64,000 bases of DNA from an uncultured Arcobacter sp. (GCA_965140705.1 OZ223300.1:1696001-1760000); one strand, 5' to 3'; counted from the stretch's first letter, positions 49,009 to 60,809 are shown. Numbers and translations are program-made. The notes: a model not told the origin generated them from the letters alone.

Positions 49009-50133
49009 CTATGAGCAACATGTTGCTCCTTTTTTAGGAAACTTGATTCTATATAAATGATAAAATATTAGTATTAACATAAATAAAGAAGCTAAAGATT
49101 TCACAAGGCTTGTCTCATCCACATCACTAGAAATAGATAGTAATTCTAAGTGTTGAAAATAAAAATCAAAAGCAAATCCAAAAGCCAATGATAATATAGC
49201 AATTACACCAACATATATTATCAATGATCTTTTACCTAACATTTTATATACAATACTCATAGTAACAGCACTAGTAGCTGGACCTGCTGTTAAAAATATA
49301 AATACAGCCCCTGCACTCATTCCTTGAAGCATAAGCGCTGCTGCAAGTGGTAAAGATGATGTGGCACAAGTATATAAAGGAATAGCAAAAAGCAAAATCA
49401 CAAAATAAGTCAATATTTGATTGTCAAATAAAAGTTTTGCGTACTCTTGTGGAATAAAAGTTGTAAAAAGAGCTCCTAAAATCAATCCAATCAATAAGGA
49501 TTTTGCCATATCAGAAAAAAGAGTTCCATATCCATAAGCCAAAGCCTTTTTTATAGAAAAGCCCTCTTTACTCTTTGATGAACTAGCACAACAACTAGAA
49601 CCACTACAACAAAAACTTTCACTCTCTTTCGTTTCTTGTGCTTTAAAAGTAGGATTAACTGCAAAACTTGAGTTTGGAGTAAAAGTTTGAAATTTTGGTT
49701 TCTCAACAAACACTTCCTCTTTTTTCTCAAAAAAGTTTTGAATAAGCCCAACTACTATTGCGATTACTACTGAAGAAACAACCCTAAAGACAGTAAATAT
49801 AATACCAAAAAAGGAAAAAGTAGCTAATATAGAATCAACACCAGTTATTGGAGTTGAAATTAAGAAACTCTGAATTGAGCCCTTACTTGCACCCTCTTTT
49901 TTTAATCCTTGTGCTAAAGGAATAACAGAACAAGAACAAACAGGTAATGGTATTCCAAAAATTGTTGCTTTTATAACTGACATGGTTGAGTTTTTACCCA
50001 AATGAGAAGATATAAAATCATCAGGGATTAATTGTTTTAAAATCCCTGCTATAAAAAGTCCAACTATTACATAGATACTCATTGCATCTAATAGTTTTAA
50101 AAAATTTGTTGTAAATTCTAATATTAATTCCAT
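49009..50133 (-). CDS. ArsP/SO_0444-type metal(loid) permease
   Basis: GIPLPVCSCSVIP, FLISTP, PLYTCATSSLP, FLTAGPAT; Cys-rich loop and TCCS tail. Confidence 0.87.
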   Translation of the reverse strand: MELILEFTTNFLKLLDAMSIYVIVGLFIAGILKQLIPDDFISSHLGKNSTMSVIKATIFGIPLPVCSCSVIPLAQGLKKEGASKGSIQSFLISTPITGVDSILATFSFFGIIFTVFRVVSSVVIAIVVGLIQNFFEKKEEVFVEKPKFQTFTPNSSFAVNPTFKAQETKESESFCCSGSSCCASSSKSKEGFSIKKALAYGYGTLFSDMAKSLLIGLILGALFTTFIPQEYAKLLFDNQILTYFVILLFAIPLYTCATSSLPLAAALMLQGMSAGAVFIFLTAGPATSAVTMSIVYKMLGKRSLIIYVGVIAILSLAFGFAFDFYFQHLELLSISSDVDETSLVKSLASLFMLILIFYHLYRIKFPKKGATCCS

Positions 50134-51384
50134 TTATTCACCTATTAATTTACTTTCGTCAATAGTTTTTTTGGCTTTTACACCAAGCTCTTCAAACTCT
50201 TGAGCACGTCTAAGAAGATTTCCTCTTCCCACACTTAACTTATTGATAGCTTCATCATATGACTTTTTGGATCTATCAATATGAATACCTATATTTTCTA
50301 TATCTTTTACAAAAGAAGCGAATTTATCATATAAATCAGCTGCTTTTTTTGAGATAATCAAAGCATTTTCATTTTGATGCTCATATCTCCAAATATTTTC
50401 TATTGTTCTTAATGTCACAAACAAAGTTGAAGGAGAAACAAGCATAATATTATTCTCAAAAGCTACTTTAAAAAGATTGCTATCTTTTGAAGCTGCAAGC
50501 ATAAAAGCTCCCTCAATAGGAATAAAAAGCAAAACAAAATCCAAAGTTTTTAAATCACTTATTTCATCATAATTTTTAGAACTAAGTCCTTTGATATGTG
50601 CATAAATAGATTTTATCAACTCTTTTGCATATCTTTGTTTTTCTAACTCTTCTTCACTTTCTATATAATTTGTATATGCAAGAAGTGATACCTTAGAGTC
50701 TATTATTACATCTTTATCTTGTGGTAGATGTACAATAACATCTGGTCTTAATCTTTTTCCATCTTCTGAAGTAAAACTTCCTTGTGTCGAGTACTCTACT
50801 CCTTCTCTAAGCCCTGTTTGTTCTAAAATCTTAGATAAAATCATCTCACCCCAGTCACCTTGGGTTTTGTTTTCTCCTTTTAATGCTTTAGTTAGATTAA
50901 CTGCATCTTGAGAAATCTGATTGTTTAAATCCTTTAGATTTTTAATCTCTGTTAGTAAAGTAACTCTTTGTTTAGTCTCATCATTGTAAATATCATTTAC
51001 CCTCTTCCCAAAACTATTAAGTTGCTCTTTAAAGGGACTTAGTACTTGATTTAGATTCAAAGATGACTTTTTGGAATTCTCTTCAAAAAGTTTATTTGCT
51101 AAAGATTCAAATTCTAATTTCATTTGCTTTTTAGAATCTTCCAAAAGCTGAAGTTTTTCATCATAAGATTCTACTCTTATTTTAAACTCACTATTCATAG
51201 CCTTTTTAGACTCTTCATATCTAATCTTTTCATACTCTAGTCTTTGAAGTACCTCTTTTTGCATAGACTCTTTTTCATAAACTAAAGTTGACAACTTCTT
51301 TTCATAAACTAATCGCACAAATATGTATGTGATTAGTATCGATACAAAAATTACAGCAGAAAAGATTAGAATTTCATTAGACAT
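50134..51384 (-). CDS. rmuC: DNA recombination protein RmuC
   Basis: TM plus coiled coil; KTQGDWGE, RPDVIVHLP, IIDSKVSL, DFVLLFIPIE, VSPSTL. Confidence 0.95.
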   Translation of the reverse strand: MSNEILIFSAVIFVSILITYIFVRLVYEKKLSTLVYEKESMQKEVLQRLEYEKIRYEESKKAMNSEFKIRVESYDEKLQLLEDSKKQMKLEFESLANKLFEENSKKSSLNLNQVLSPFKEQLNSFGKRVNDIYNDETKQRVTLLTEIKNLKDLNNQISQDAVNLTKALKGENKTQGDWGEMILSKILEQTGLREGVEYSTQGSFTSEDGKRLRPDVIVHLPQDKDVIIDSKVSLLAYTNYIESEEELEKQRYAKELIKSIYAHIKGLSSKNYDEISDLKTLDFVLLFIPIEGAFMLAASKDSNLFKVAFENNIMLVSPSTLFVTLRTIENIWRYEHQNENALIISKKAADLYDKFASFVKDIENIGIHIDRSKKSYDEAINKLSVGRGNLLRRAQEFEELGVKAKKTIDESKLIGE

Positions 51385-52624
51385 TTAAATTAAATTCATC
51401 TTTCAATGCATTTTCAGCTTCTGAATGTACATCATAACCCAACTCTTTAAATCTCTCTACCAATGGTGGATGAGAATAATAGAAGAAGATATATAAAGGA
51501 TGAGATAATGGAAATGATTTATTCTCATTCGCAAGTTTTAATAAAGCACTTACCAAATCCTCTTTTGTCTGAAGATTTGAACCAAATTCATCAGCTGCAT
51601 ATTCATTATGTCTAGAGATTAAAGACATCAAAGGCATAAGGAAAAACGAAAGTATAGGTGAAAACATCAAAAATACTGTAATAATCGCATATGGTTCATT
51701 TGAAATATTAAGCCCTAAAAATATTTCATCTCCAAGATTTCCAAATATTGCAAAAAATATAAACATAATAAAGCCCATAATTCCAATATTTTTCAAAATA
51801 TCACCATTTTTAAAGTGTCCTAATTCATGACCTAAAACTGCCAATAATTCATTATGAGAAAGTTTTTCAATCAAAGTATCAAATAAAACTACCCTTTTAG
51901 TACTTCCCAATCCCCCAAAATAAGCATTTAGTCGATTATCTCTTTTACTTGCATCAACTGAAAATACACCAGAACTTTTAAATCCTACTTCATTTAGAAG
52001 ATTATTGATTTTTTCTTCTAACTCCTTATCTTTCAAAGGTTCAAATTTATCAAACATCTTATCTCTAATCACTGGATAAAGCATATTTATCAAAATAATC
52101 ACTGCAAAAATAAAAACAAAGCCCCAAATCCACCACATAGGGAAAGATTGGATTATAAAAGAAATCGCAGCAATAATAATAGATCCAAAAACTAAAAATA
52201 AAACACCAGTTTTAAGCGTATCCATAATATATAATTTTGCTGTCATATTAGAAAAACCATATTTTTTATTTAATTTAAATGTAGAGTATAAATCAAATGG
52301 TAAGCCTAAAATCCAATTTATGATAATAAAAGCATCTACAAAAATAATGGCTTTTAACCAAAGCTCTTGAGTAGTAACGATTGAATCTAAAAATCCCAAT
52401 CCAAACTTTATCCATAAAAAGAAGATGACAAAGTCATATAAAGTAGAAAGAATTGCAACTCTTTCTTTTTCAATAGTATAGTTTGCTGCTGTTTTATATT
52501 TATCATCTGAAAGTATTACAGGTTTCAGATTCTTTGCATTTTGCACAAATCCAACTTGCATAAATGAGGTATAAATATTAAATAAAAAATAAAAACAATA
52601 AGCAATAACAAAAATTTCTAACAC
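51377..52624 (-). CDS. M48 family (Ste24-like) membrane metallopeptidase
   Basis: DASKR, NAYFGG, KRVVLFDTL, HELGH, EYAAD, YSHPPLVER. Confidence 0.93.
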   Translation of the reverse strand: MLEIFVIAYCFYFLFNIYTSFMQVGFVQNAKNLKPVILSDDKYKTAANYTIEKERVAILSTLYDFVIFFLWIKFGLGFLDSIVTTQELWLKAIIFVDAFIIINWILGLPFDLYSTFKLNKKYGFSNMTAKLYIMDTLKTGVLFLVFGSIIIAAISFIIQSFPMWWIWGFVFIFAVIILINMLYPVIRDKMFDKFEPLKDKELEEKINNLLNEVGFKSSGVFSVDASKRDNRLNAYFGGLGSTKRVVLFDTLIEKLSHNELLAVLGHELGHFKNGDILKNIGIMGFIMFIFFAIFGNLGDEIFLGLNISNEPYAIITVFLMFSPILSFFLMPLMSLISRHNEYAADEFGSNLQTKEDLVSALLKLANENKSFPLSHPLYIFFYYSHPPLVERFKELGYDVHSEAENALKDEFNLNV

Positions 52625-52695
52625 AAAATATCCTTTTATAATTTTAGATATTTTATCTACTTGTAACTTGCATAGTAGTAAAAAAAATATAGTAG

Positions 52696-53175
52696 TTAAT
52701 AATTTTTTTCCAAGCTATTAAATATCTCATTTATTTGATTTATATCTTTGTGTTCATCAGTCATATAAATAATTTCAAAATTGTCTCCAAAAGACTCTTT
52801 TGTCCAGTTTGCACTTCCAAAAACTGCTATACTTTTATCAAACAAAGCCAGCTTTAAATGATTCTTTTTTTCTAATACTTTGTATTTAATACTACTATTT
52901 TTAATTAGTTTATTGATTTTATCACTTTTCTTAAGTTTAGCTTTATCTAGATATAAGTTTATTTTTACACCTCTTTTTGAGGCCTCTTTTAAGCTACTTA
53001 TAAGTTTATTATATGACAAATTATATATAGAAAGGTCTATTGAACTCTTAGCATTATCTATAAGTGAGATGATTTTTTCACTTGATATTTTTGCATCATT
53101 AGGTAAAAAATAAATTTTACTACTAGCAAAACTAGAAGAAAATATAAGAAATAAAACTAAAAAAATCTTACTCAT
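52696..53175 (-). CDS. Exported phospholipase D-family (single HKD, Nuc-like) protein
   Basis: HLKLALFD (HxKxxxxD), GSANWT, N-E. Start taken at MSKIF, which gives a signal peptide and an 8-nt overlap with ybgC. Confidence 0.85.
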   Translation of the reverse strand: MSKIFLVLFLIFSSSFASSKIYFLPNDAKISSEKIISLIDNAKSSIDLSIYNLSYNKLISSLKEASKRGVKINLYLDKAKLKKSDKINKLIKNSSIKYKVLEKKNHLKLALFDKSIAVFGSANWTKESFGDNFEIIYMTDEHKDINQINEIFNSLEKNY

Positions 53176-53536
53176 TTTTAAATACCTCAAACATTTCATC
53201 TGGTATTTTTGATGGCTTTTTATTTTTCAAATAGACAACTTTTACATCCATTTCAAATATAACTTTTTCATCTCTAATTATCTCTTGATGTAAAGTTAAT
53301 GATGCAGCTTTTTTTTCAATAAGTTTAGTTTTAATAAAAAGTTCATCTCCAAAAACTGCTGGACTTATATAGTTTGCTTCAAGTGATTTCACTACAAAAA
53401 ACTCACTCTCTTGATGGGGAGTTAATCCCTTTTGAAAAAACAACTCACTTCTAGCTCTTTCACAAAAGCTTAAATAATTTGAGTGATAAACAACCCCACC
53501 ACAATCTGTATCTTCATAATATACTCGTATTTTCAA
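53168..53536 (-). CDS. ybgC: YbgC/FadM-family acyl-CoA thioesterase
   Basis: IRVYYEDTDCGGVVYHSNYL...ERARSE; TTG start. Confidence 0.9.
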   Translation of the reverse strand: MKIRVYYEDTDCGGVVYHSNYLSFCERARSELFFQKGLTPHQESEFFVVKSLEANYISPAVFGDELFIKTKLIEKKAASLTLHQEIIRDEKVIFEMDVKVVYLKNKKPSKIPDEMFEVFKNE

Positions 53537-53568
53537 TTTTATTTCCTTGTTTTATTTTCAATTATTAG

Positions 53569-55281
53569 TTATTTTTTCTGATCTTTTTCATGAAGTTCTT
53601 TGATTGTCTCGTAATCATTTTTTCTAAAGTAAGTTAAGATATCAATTACATCTTCTCTAGTTCTTCCAAGACCTAGTAAAGTCTCTGCTCCTAATCTTAG
53701 AGCACCTTCTGATGATACTGGCATTGCCCAAGATACTCCATGTTTAACTAATAAATCTCTTGTTTTCATATTTTTTGTTCTTGAAAGTATACGTAAATAT
53801 GGGTATTCATTTCTGATATGCGAAATGATTTTTGCTGCTGTATGATGATTTTCGATTGTAAGAATAACTGCTTTTGCTTTTTCTAAGCCTATTCTTGTAA
53901 TAAAATCCAAATCACTTAACTCTCCATAATATACAGCTCTTCCTTCTTTTTCACCTATCTCGACTCTTTTTGCATCTATATCAAAAGCTACAAAAGGGAT
54001 ATTTGCATAATCAAGCATAGTAGCTGTTAATCTTCCAACTTCTCCATATCCTGCGATAATTACACCTTCCCATTCTGTTTTAGGTACATATGCTGATTTT
54101 ATTTTTATAGGAGAGGTATCAAATTTTAGTGCAAGTTTTTCACTTAAATTTACAAGAATTGGGGTTAAAAGCATACTAAAAGAGATAATTGTTATACTTG
54201 CAACAAAAAGTTCATCACTTATTCCTCCAACTGCTTTCATGGCCCCAAATACTACAAAACCAAACTCTCCACTTTGTGCTAAAAGAAAAGATACTGATAT
54301 TGCAGTTGAGCGTTTATATCCCATGAAAATCATAAAAGCAAAGAGTGCTACAATTTTTATTGCCATAATAACTACCAAATGTTGCAATAAAACCAAAGGA
54401 TTATCTACCATAGCTTTTAAGTCTATAGACATACCAACTGCTACAAAAAACATAGCCATAAGTATCCCTTTATAAGGCTCAACATATGCTCTAATTTGAT
54501 AATGATATTTAGAGTTTGATAAAATCATCCCCATAATAAATGCACCAAGAGACATAGAAAGTCCAGAGTGTTCCATTAACCAAGCTGCAAAGACTACGGC
54601 TGCTATGACAAAAAAGAAAAAAGCATCTTTATTTTGATGCTTTGCCAAATAATCTAATAACTTTGGTACAACATATTTACCCAATAAAATTAAAGCTGCA
54701 ATTGAAGCAATTGCAATCAATACTTCTTTCCAAATTGATTCGGCTGATGTCACTTGATTTACTGCTACAATTGGAACTAAAGCTAATAGAGGAACTACTG
54801 CTAAATCTTGCATTAATAAAATAGAAAAGCTAGTTTGTCCCTCTGGAGTATGAGTTATCCCTTTGTCTTGTAATATTTGCATTACAAAAGCTGTTGAAGA
54901 AAGAGCAAAAGTGGGAGCAATAAGCAAAGCTATTTGCCAAGATTTTGCATAAAATACAGCATACAAAAATATAAAAAATCCTGAAAATAATATTTGTGCA
55001 CTTCCTAATCCAAAAACCTCTTTTCTCATACTCCAAAGTTTTTTAGGTTGCATTTCTAAACCAATAACAAAAAGTAAAAGTACTACTCCAAATTCTGCAA
55101 TATTACGAACAGAATCTACTTCTTTAGTCAAAATTGGCCCATATGAAAAAGGACCTACTATTATACCAGCTATTAATAAACCTAGGATACTACCAAGCCC
55201 CAGTCTTTTGGATAAAGTTACTAAAATTGTTGCTATAGTAAAAAGATATAGAAGTGAGCCTAATAAATGACCATTTGACAT
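53569..55281 (-). CDS. CPA2 (KefB/KefC-type) cation:proton antiporter with KTN domain
   Basis: AEFGVVLLLFVIGLE, LSSTA, QDLAVVP, FFVAVGM, QSGEFGFV; IAGYGEVG. Confidence 0.92.
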   Translation of the reverse strand: MSNGHLLGSLLYLFTIATILVTLSKRLGLGSILGLLIAGIIVGPFSYGPILTKEVDSVRNIAEFGVVLLLFVIGLEMQPKKLWSMRKEVFGLGSAQILFSGFFIFLYAVFYAKSWQIALLIAPTFALSSTAFVMQILQDKGITHTPEGQTSFSILLMQDLAVVPLLALVPIVAVNQVTSAESIWKEVLIAIASIAALILLGKYVVPKLLDYLAKHQNKDAFFFFVIAAVVFAAWLMEHSGLSMSLGAFIMGMILSNSKYHYQIRAYVEPYKGILMAMFFVAVGMSIDLKAMVDNPLVLLQHLVVIMAIKIVALFAFMIFMGYKRSTAISVSFLLAQSGEFGFVVFGAMKAVGGISDELFVASITIISFSMLLTPILVNLSEKLALKFDTSPIKIKSAYVPKTEWEGVIIAGYGEVGRLTATMLDYANIPFVAFDIDAKRVEIGEKEGRAVYYGELSDLDFITRIGLEKAKAVILTIENHHTAAKIISHIRNEYPYLRILSRTKNMKTRDLLVKHGVSWAMPVSSEGALRLGAETLLGLGRTREDVIDILTYFRKNDYETIKELHEKDQKK

Positions 55282-55451
55282 TAACTTCCTTATTAAATTT
55301 CTAAATTAATTATTAAATTGAGGTATTGTATTATAAATAAAATAAGAAAAAGCATTGACTTTTAAGACATATATTACTTTTTTAGTATTTACTTCAAAAC
55401 AAATAACTAAGACATGATATAATATATGCTTAATTTTTTATAGGAGATTTT

Positions 55452-56600
55452 ATGGAAGACTTTAGTTATTGCAATCCAACTCAAGTAGAATTTGGAAAAG
55501 ACAAAGAAAAAAAAATTGGTGAATATATTATTTCAAAAGATGTTAAAAAAGTACTTATATGTTATGGAAGTGAAAGAATAAAAAAAGATGGTTTATTTGC
55601 CGTAGTAATAAATAGTTTAAAGGAAAAAGAAATCGATTATATTGATTTTGGAGGAATTATTAGTAACCCTACTTTGTCAAAAGTAAAAGAAGGTATAAAA
55701 ATTGCAAAAGAAAACTCTATAGATGGAATTTTAGCTGTTGGTGGAGGTTCTGTACTTGATAGTGCTAAAGCAATTGCAGTAGGAGCTTATTATGATGGTG
55801 AAGTTTGGGATTTCTTTTTAAAAAAAGAAGTTATAAAAAAAGCTTTACCGGTATTTGATATCATGACATTAGCAGCAACTGGAAGTGAAATGAATTGTTT
55901 TGCAGTAATTACAAATGAAGATACAGAAGAAAAATACTCAATCTTTTCTTCTCATATATACCCAAAAGTATCAGTTATAAATCCAAAGCTTATGCAATCA
56001 ATTTCAAAGAATTATTTAGTATATTCAGCAGCTGATATTATAGCTCATAGTATTGAAGGATACTTTACAGCAAGTTCTCAACCAACTTTTTTAAATAGAC
56101 AAATAGAATCTATAATAAAAACAGTTATAGAGACAACTGAGATTTTGATAAACAATCCAAAAGATGATAAAACAAGGGGTGAATTTGCATGGGCAGCAAC
56201 TAATGCCTTAAATGGTACTACTTTTTTAGGAACAGCTGGATATACCTTTCCTAATCACATGATTGAGCATACTTTATCTGCACTTCATAATGTGCCACAT
56301 GGAGCGGGTTTATCTGTAGTAATGCCAGCGTGGATGAAATGGTATTATAAAAGAAATGAAAACCAATTTACTAGATTTGCAAAAGAGATTTTTGGTTTAT
56401 CAACTGCAATTGAAGGCATTGAAGCCTTAGAAAATTGGTTTAATAAAATAGGAACTCCTACAAAATTAGGTCAATTAAATATAAAAGAGTCTGATTTAAG
56501 GAAAATCATAGAAAACACTAATAAAAGTGCAGAACATTTTGGCCTTGGCGATATATATACAAAAGAGGCATTAAATGAAATAATGTCTAATGCATTATAA
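55452..56600 (+). CDS. Iron-containing alcohol dehydrogenase (BdhA/YqhD-like)
   Basis: NPTQVEFG, AVGGGSVLDSAK, TLAATGSE, D-IAH, HMIEH, HGAGL. Confidence 0.93.
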   Translation: MEDFSYCNPTQVEFGKDKEKKIGEYIISKDVKKVLICYGSERIKKDGLFAVVINSLKEKEIDYIDFGGIISNPTLSKVKEGIKIAKENSIDGILAVGGGSVLDSAKAIAVGAYYDGEVWDFFLKKEVIKKALPVFDIMTLAATGSEMNCFAVITNEDTEEKYSIFSSHIYPKVSVINPKLMQSISKNYLVYSAADIIAHSIEGYFTASSQPTFLNRQIESIIKTVIETTEILINNPKDDKTRGEFAWAATNALNGTTFLGTAGYTFPNHMIEHTLSALHNVPHGAGLSVVMPAWMKWYYKRNENQFTRFAKEIFGLSTAIEGIEALENWFNKIGTPTKLGQLNIKESDLRKIIENTNKSAEHFGLGDIYTKEALNEIMSNAL

Positions 56601-56689
56601 AAAAGGGGAAGGGATAACATTCCTTTCCAAGATTTTCACAGAAATACTTTTAATTAAATTGAGTTAATAATTTTTTGAGTTGAAGTAGA

Positions 56690-56893
56690 CTATAAGTCTA
56701 GCTTAATAGTGTTGTCTTTTAAGATTTTGTATTTGATACTATTTTCGTGTAATACATTGATGATTTTTTTTACTTCATCAACAAGTGAATTAAGATCAGT
56801 TTTGAAATAGTTACTGATTTGAAAACATTTTTTCGCGTAGCTGTATTTATAGATGTCACAGTCTAAAAATTCTAAGATTTTTTTGTCTAACAT
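56690..56893 (-). CDS. Small hypothetical protein
   Basis: 67-aa ORF with AAGGAG RBS 6 nt before the ATG. Confidence 0.6.
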   Translation of the reverse strand: MLDKKILEFLDCDIYKYSYAKKCFQISNYFKTDLNSLVDEVKKIINVLHENSIKYKILKDNTIKLDL

Positions 56894-57050
56894 GAATAAC
56901 TCCTTTTTTGATTTTTTATAATTTAATTTTATAACAAAAATAAAAAGAAATCAACTTTTTTAAGCAAAATTCAAGATATATTTTGGTTTTTATATTTATA
57001 TTCTGTTAATAATATAGAAGTTACTTATAAAAGTACATTTTTAATACATA

Positions 57051-57099
57051 ATTTAACCTTTTTTGATATTTTTCTTTATAAATACCAAAAAGGTTAAAT
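57051..57099. terminator. Long hairpin downstream of the MCP gene
   Basis: ATTTAACCTTTTT...AAAAAGGTTAAAT inverted repeat. Confidence 0.55.
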
Positions 57100-57113
57100 A
57101 TTATTTTTTTGGT

Positions 57114-59657
57114 CTAATTATTTTTACAAGTTTCTTCTCTTATAGTATTAAGTGTTTCAAATACTATATTAATATTATTTTCTACTGATTCAGTTACTTC
57201 AAAGATTTCATCATTAGATGCACCTTTAGCATATAGGTCTACTGTTTTTTGTACAAGTTCATGGACATTTTTATGAGCGATTTTTAAATTATTCCAATCT
57301 TTCGTCTGACTAAAAGAAGTATTTTCTTGTTTGTCAATCCATTCTCCAAGCTTACATTCATGACCTGTTTTAACTTTAAAGTTATTACCTTTTCTACACT
57401 CAGAAAAATTAAGATTTTTAAATACTAAGTGGTCAGATTTCAATTTATTTACATCAAAAATAAGATTTTCATCACAAATTCTTTTACTTGCATTTTTATC
57501 AAAACTAGTTCTATTGATAGCATTTTGTAACTGTGAAGCAAGATCTGATGTTACATTTGACATCTCATTTATAGAGGTTGCTAAAGCTGCATTTTGTTGT
57601 GTTGCTTGATCTAAAGAGTTAACAGTATCACTTATTTGACTCATTGCTGATTCTTGCTCTTTTGTTGCAGTTGCCACATCTTCAATAAGTTCTATTGTAT
57701 AAGTTATACTCTCATTTAATTGATTATACCCTGTAATCATTTGATTTGAGATATCTTTACTTTGACTTGCTTTTAAATTTGCATCTTCCACTAAAGTTTT
57801 TATCTCACGTGCTGCTTCTGCACTTCTTGAAGCTAGATTTCTAACCTCTTGGGCAACTACTGCAAAACCTTTTCCAGCTTCACCTGCAGTTGCTGCTTCC
57901 ACTGCTGCATTAAGACTTAAAATATTTGTTTGAAAAGCTATTTGGTCGATTATAGAAATTGATTCATTAATTGCACTTACTTTAGAACTTAACTCTTCCA
58001 TTGCAGCAGCTGTTTTAAAAGCAAGTTGTTTTCCATTCTCATTTGATTCACTTACATTTTTTGTATATTGAGACATTTTAGTTGCTGTTTCACTACTACT
58101 TTGAATAGTTGAAGATATCTCTTGAATAGCAGCTGCTGTCTCTTCTAAAGAAGCTGCTTGTTCATTTGAAGAAGTACTAAGTTTACTTGATGCACTTGAT
58201 AATTCAAAAGCACTTGATGTTAATTTATTATTTGCATTATCAATTAAACACATTACTTCATTGATTGTTGATTGAGTTACTTTTATACCATCAAAAATAG
58301 AACTAAGAGTTCCTGTTAATTTTACATCTGGTATTTTTGAATCATAATTTGCATGTGAAAGGTCAATCAAAACATCAGAAACCATCAATAAATTAGTTTG
58401 AAATACACCAATCATTGAGTTTACTTCATCTACAAGTTTATTAACTGATGTTGAGTGAGCTTTTGTTAATACTCTCTCATTTAATAAACCTCTATTAACT
58501 TTTTCGATGATTAAATTAGTTTCATCGATTACTTTAATATCAAGTTTGTTACCCCTATCTAAATCGTCTAAATAGTTATTGAAACTAGTTACAACACTTC
58601 CAATTTCATCATTTGATTTAACTTCTATTCTTGTTGTTTCATTTGTTGTATGATTAACTAAACTATCAATAGAATCTTTTAAATCTTTTATTGGAGATAA
58701 AACTGTTCGTCGTAGAGTAAAAAAACTTCCTATCATTGATAAAACTAAAGCTATCAATAATAAAGCTAAAGCTTGCCAAATAATTTCAGAAGCTCCGTTT
58801 ATTGATATATTAACTATGTCATGTTTTCTACCAAGTAAAGCTATTCCTAAATTTTTTCCTTTGAAGTCCTTGATATAACTAAAAGTAAAAAAATACTTTG
58901 TATCTTCAGAATAACCATTTTTAAGAAGTTTAGCAAAATTTATATTTTTTGCATCATCATAAAAATCTTCATTTATAAACTTTTGAGAAACTATATAATT
59001 ATCTAGTTTTTTTAATTTAGAAGTATCTGCAACTGCTAAATTTGAATCCATAAGTAAAATAAAAGCATCCCCATTTTTATCAAAAGATTTTGCAACAGAA
59101 TTAATTCCTTGCATAAACTCCAATGAACCAACATGTTCATTATCTTTTGTAAAAATAGGAACAACTGATCTTATACTTAGACCAGCTTTCCCTACTTCTA
59201 GTGTATTTACAACTTTTTTATCTTTATTTACTTCTACTACACTATCTCTAAAAGATGATAAATCATCTCCAAACTTATCTGGAACCCATGATCTTAAAAA
59301 AGACTTATTATCTTTTGTATGAATATGCACCTTTATATTTTTAAAAGGTGTTGATTCTTTCATTCTTTTTGATAAACTTGATAAGGCATTTATGGCTAAT
59401 TCTCGATTATTATCAACAAGTGCTTTTTGAATCATGGAATCATTTGCGATTGATATCGCATTTGAAATACCAACTTCTAACTTTCCTTCAATTTTTAAGT
59501 CAGATGTTTTTCTTAGTTCAGTTATATTTTTATTTATAACATCATTTTTTATATAATTTTTCTTTATATCTAAAATAAAAAAACTAACCACAAGCATGAA
59601 AATAGCAAGTAATATAGTCATAAATAAGAATTTTTTTGAAATTGTTAAATTATTCAT
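57114..59657 (-). CDS. Methyl-accepting chemotaxis protein with Cache domain and C-terminal CZB zinc-binding domain
   Basis: SFLRSW...GDDLSSFR Cache motif; [25 protein letters not shown]...HECKLGEW...H---H. Confidence 0.93.
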   Translation of the reverse strand: MNNLTISKKFLFMTILLAIFMLVVSFFILDIKKNYIKNDVINKNITELRKTSDLKIEGKLEVGISNAISIANDSMIQKALVDNNRELAINALSSLSKRMKESTPFKNIKVHIHTKDNKSFLRSWVPDKFGDDLSSFRDSVVEVNKDKKVVNTLEVGKAGLSIRSVVPIFTKDNEHVGSLEFMQGINSVAKSFDKNGDAFILLMDSNLAVADTSKLKKLDNYIVSQKFINEDFYDDAKNINFAKLLKNGYSEDTKYFFTFSYIKDFKGKNLGIALLGRKHDIVNISINGASEIIWQALALLLIALVLSMIGSFFTLRRTVLSPIKDLKDSIDSLVNHTTNETTRIEVKSNDEIGSVVTSFNNYLDDLDRGNKLDIKVIDETNLIIEKVNRGLLNERVLTKAHSTSVNKLVDEVNSMIGVFQTNLLMVSDVLIDLSHANYDSKIPDVKLTGTLSSIFDGIKVTQSTINEVMCLIDNANNKLTSSAFELSSASSKLSTSSNEQAASLEETAAAIQEISSTIQSSSETATKMSQYTKNVSESNENGKQLAFKTAAAMEELSSKVSAINESISIIDQIAFQTNILSLNAAVEAATAGEAGKGFAVVAQEVRNLASRSAEAAREIKTLVEDANLKASQSKDISNQMITGYNQLNESITYTIELIEDVATATKEQESAMSQISDTVNSLDQATQQNAALATSINEMSNVTSDLASQLQNAINRTSFDKNASKRICDENLIFDVNKLKSDHLVFKNLNFSECRKGNNFKVKTGHECKLGEWIDKQENTSFSQTKDWNNLKIAHKNVHELVQKTVDLYAKGASNDEIFEVTESVENNINIVFETLNTIREETCKNN

Positions 59658-59789
59658 AAGGGTACTCTCCTAAAATTATTAATTTAGATTGTACCCATTG
59701 TAATAATAATTATTACTTATAATATTAGTTAATAATTATAATTTATTAAAAACTTTCTAAGTCTTTTTTAATAGTAATTTCTTATATTA

Positions 59790-60809
59790 TTATCCCATTG
59801 GGTACAAAATATTATTTTGTATTGTTTTGATTTCTTCCAAAGTATTATTATCCAAAGTAATATCTAATGCTTTTAAAGAATCATCTAATTGTACTAATTC
59901 TCTTGCTCCTATTATGGTTGAGGCAACAAAGTCATGTTGTTTTGACCAAGCAACTGCAAGTGTCACAGGGCTCATACCAAGTTTTTTTGCTAAATCCATA
60001 TATTTAGCTGTAGCTGCCATTGTTTTGTCATTTACAAATCTATTTGCCATTGCTTGTACTCTTTTATTCTTATTTTGAATATATGAAGAGAATCTAGCAC
60101 CTTCAGGGTAAAATCCTGCATTATACTTACCACTTAGAACTCCACCAGCCATTGGAGAATATGGAAGTAATGAGATTTGTTCTTTTCTACAAATCGTACT
60201 AAGTTCATCTAAAAATCTTGGATTTAGAAGAGAAAAGTTATTTTGAATTGACTCGAATCTTGCTAAATTATTATATTTTGAAGCTTCATTTGCTTTTGTT
60301 AAACCATAAGCACTATCATTTGAAGTTCCTATATATCTTACTTTCCCTTCTTTAACTAACTCATCAAAAGCTTTTAAAGACTCTTCAATAGGTACAATAG
60401 TATCAGGCCAATGCATTTGATAAAGATCTATATAATCAGTTTGAAGTCTTCTTAAACTTCCTTCTATAGCTCTTTTGATATGAAAAGAATCAATTGCAGT
60501 TAATCCATGTCTTGTAGGTGGTACAAACCATCCAGAAGCTGCTCCTGCAACTTTTGAAGCTAATATAACAGAATCTCTAGGTTTTGTTTTTAACCATTCG
60601 CCAACTATCTCTTCAGTCAATCCTCCTAAATCAGCAGTTGGTGGAACTGGATATATTTCTGCTGTATCAAAAAAATTAATTCCTCTATCATAGGCTTTAT
60701 CTAGTATTTTAAATGCCTCTTCTTTTGTAGTTGTTGTTCCAAATGTCATAGTTCCTAAGCATATATCAGTAACTCTTAATCCTGTTTTTCCTATATATTT
60801 ATAATTCAT
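59790..60809 (-). CDS. Aldo/keto reductase (Tas-like)
   Basis: CLGTMTFG, FFDTAEIYP, SLRRLQTDYIDLYQMHWP, GKVRYIG, YSPMAGGVLSGKY. Confidence 0.93.
   Translation of the reverse strand: MNYKYIGKTGLRVTDICLGTMTFGTTTTKEEAFKILDKAYDRGINFFDTAEIYPVPPTADLGGLTEEIVGEWLKTKPRDSVILASKVAGAASGWFVPPTRHGLTAIDSFHIKRAIEGSLRRLQTDYIDLYQMHWPDTIVPIEESLKAFDELVKEGKVRYIGTSNDSAYGLTKANEASKYNNLARFESIQNNFSLLNPRFLDELSTICRKEQISLLPYSPMAGGVLSGKYNAGFYPEGARFSSYIQNKNKRVQAMANRFVNDKTMAATAKYMDLAKKLGMSPVTLAVAWSKQHDFVASTIIGARELVQLDDSLKALDITLDNNTLEEIKTIQNNILYPMG

Noticed and set aside
48460..53536. PLD nuclease + RmuC + HEPN-like gene as an anti-phage system
   Set aside because: The PLD has a signal peptide, RmuC is the ordinary membrane-anchored form, the HEPN-like motif is absent, and the neighbours are housekeeping genes.
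59695..59750. Fur/PerR-like ATAAT-n-ATTAT boxes upstream of the CZB-MCP
   Set aside because: The region is almost pure A/T, so such matches are expected by chance.
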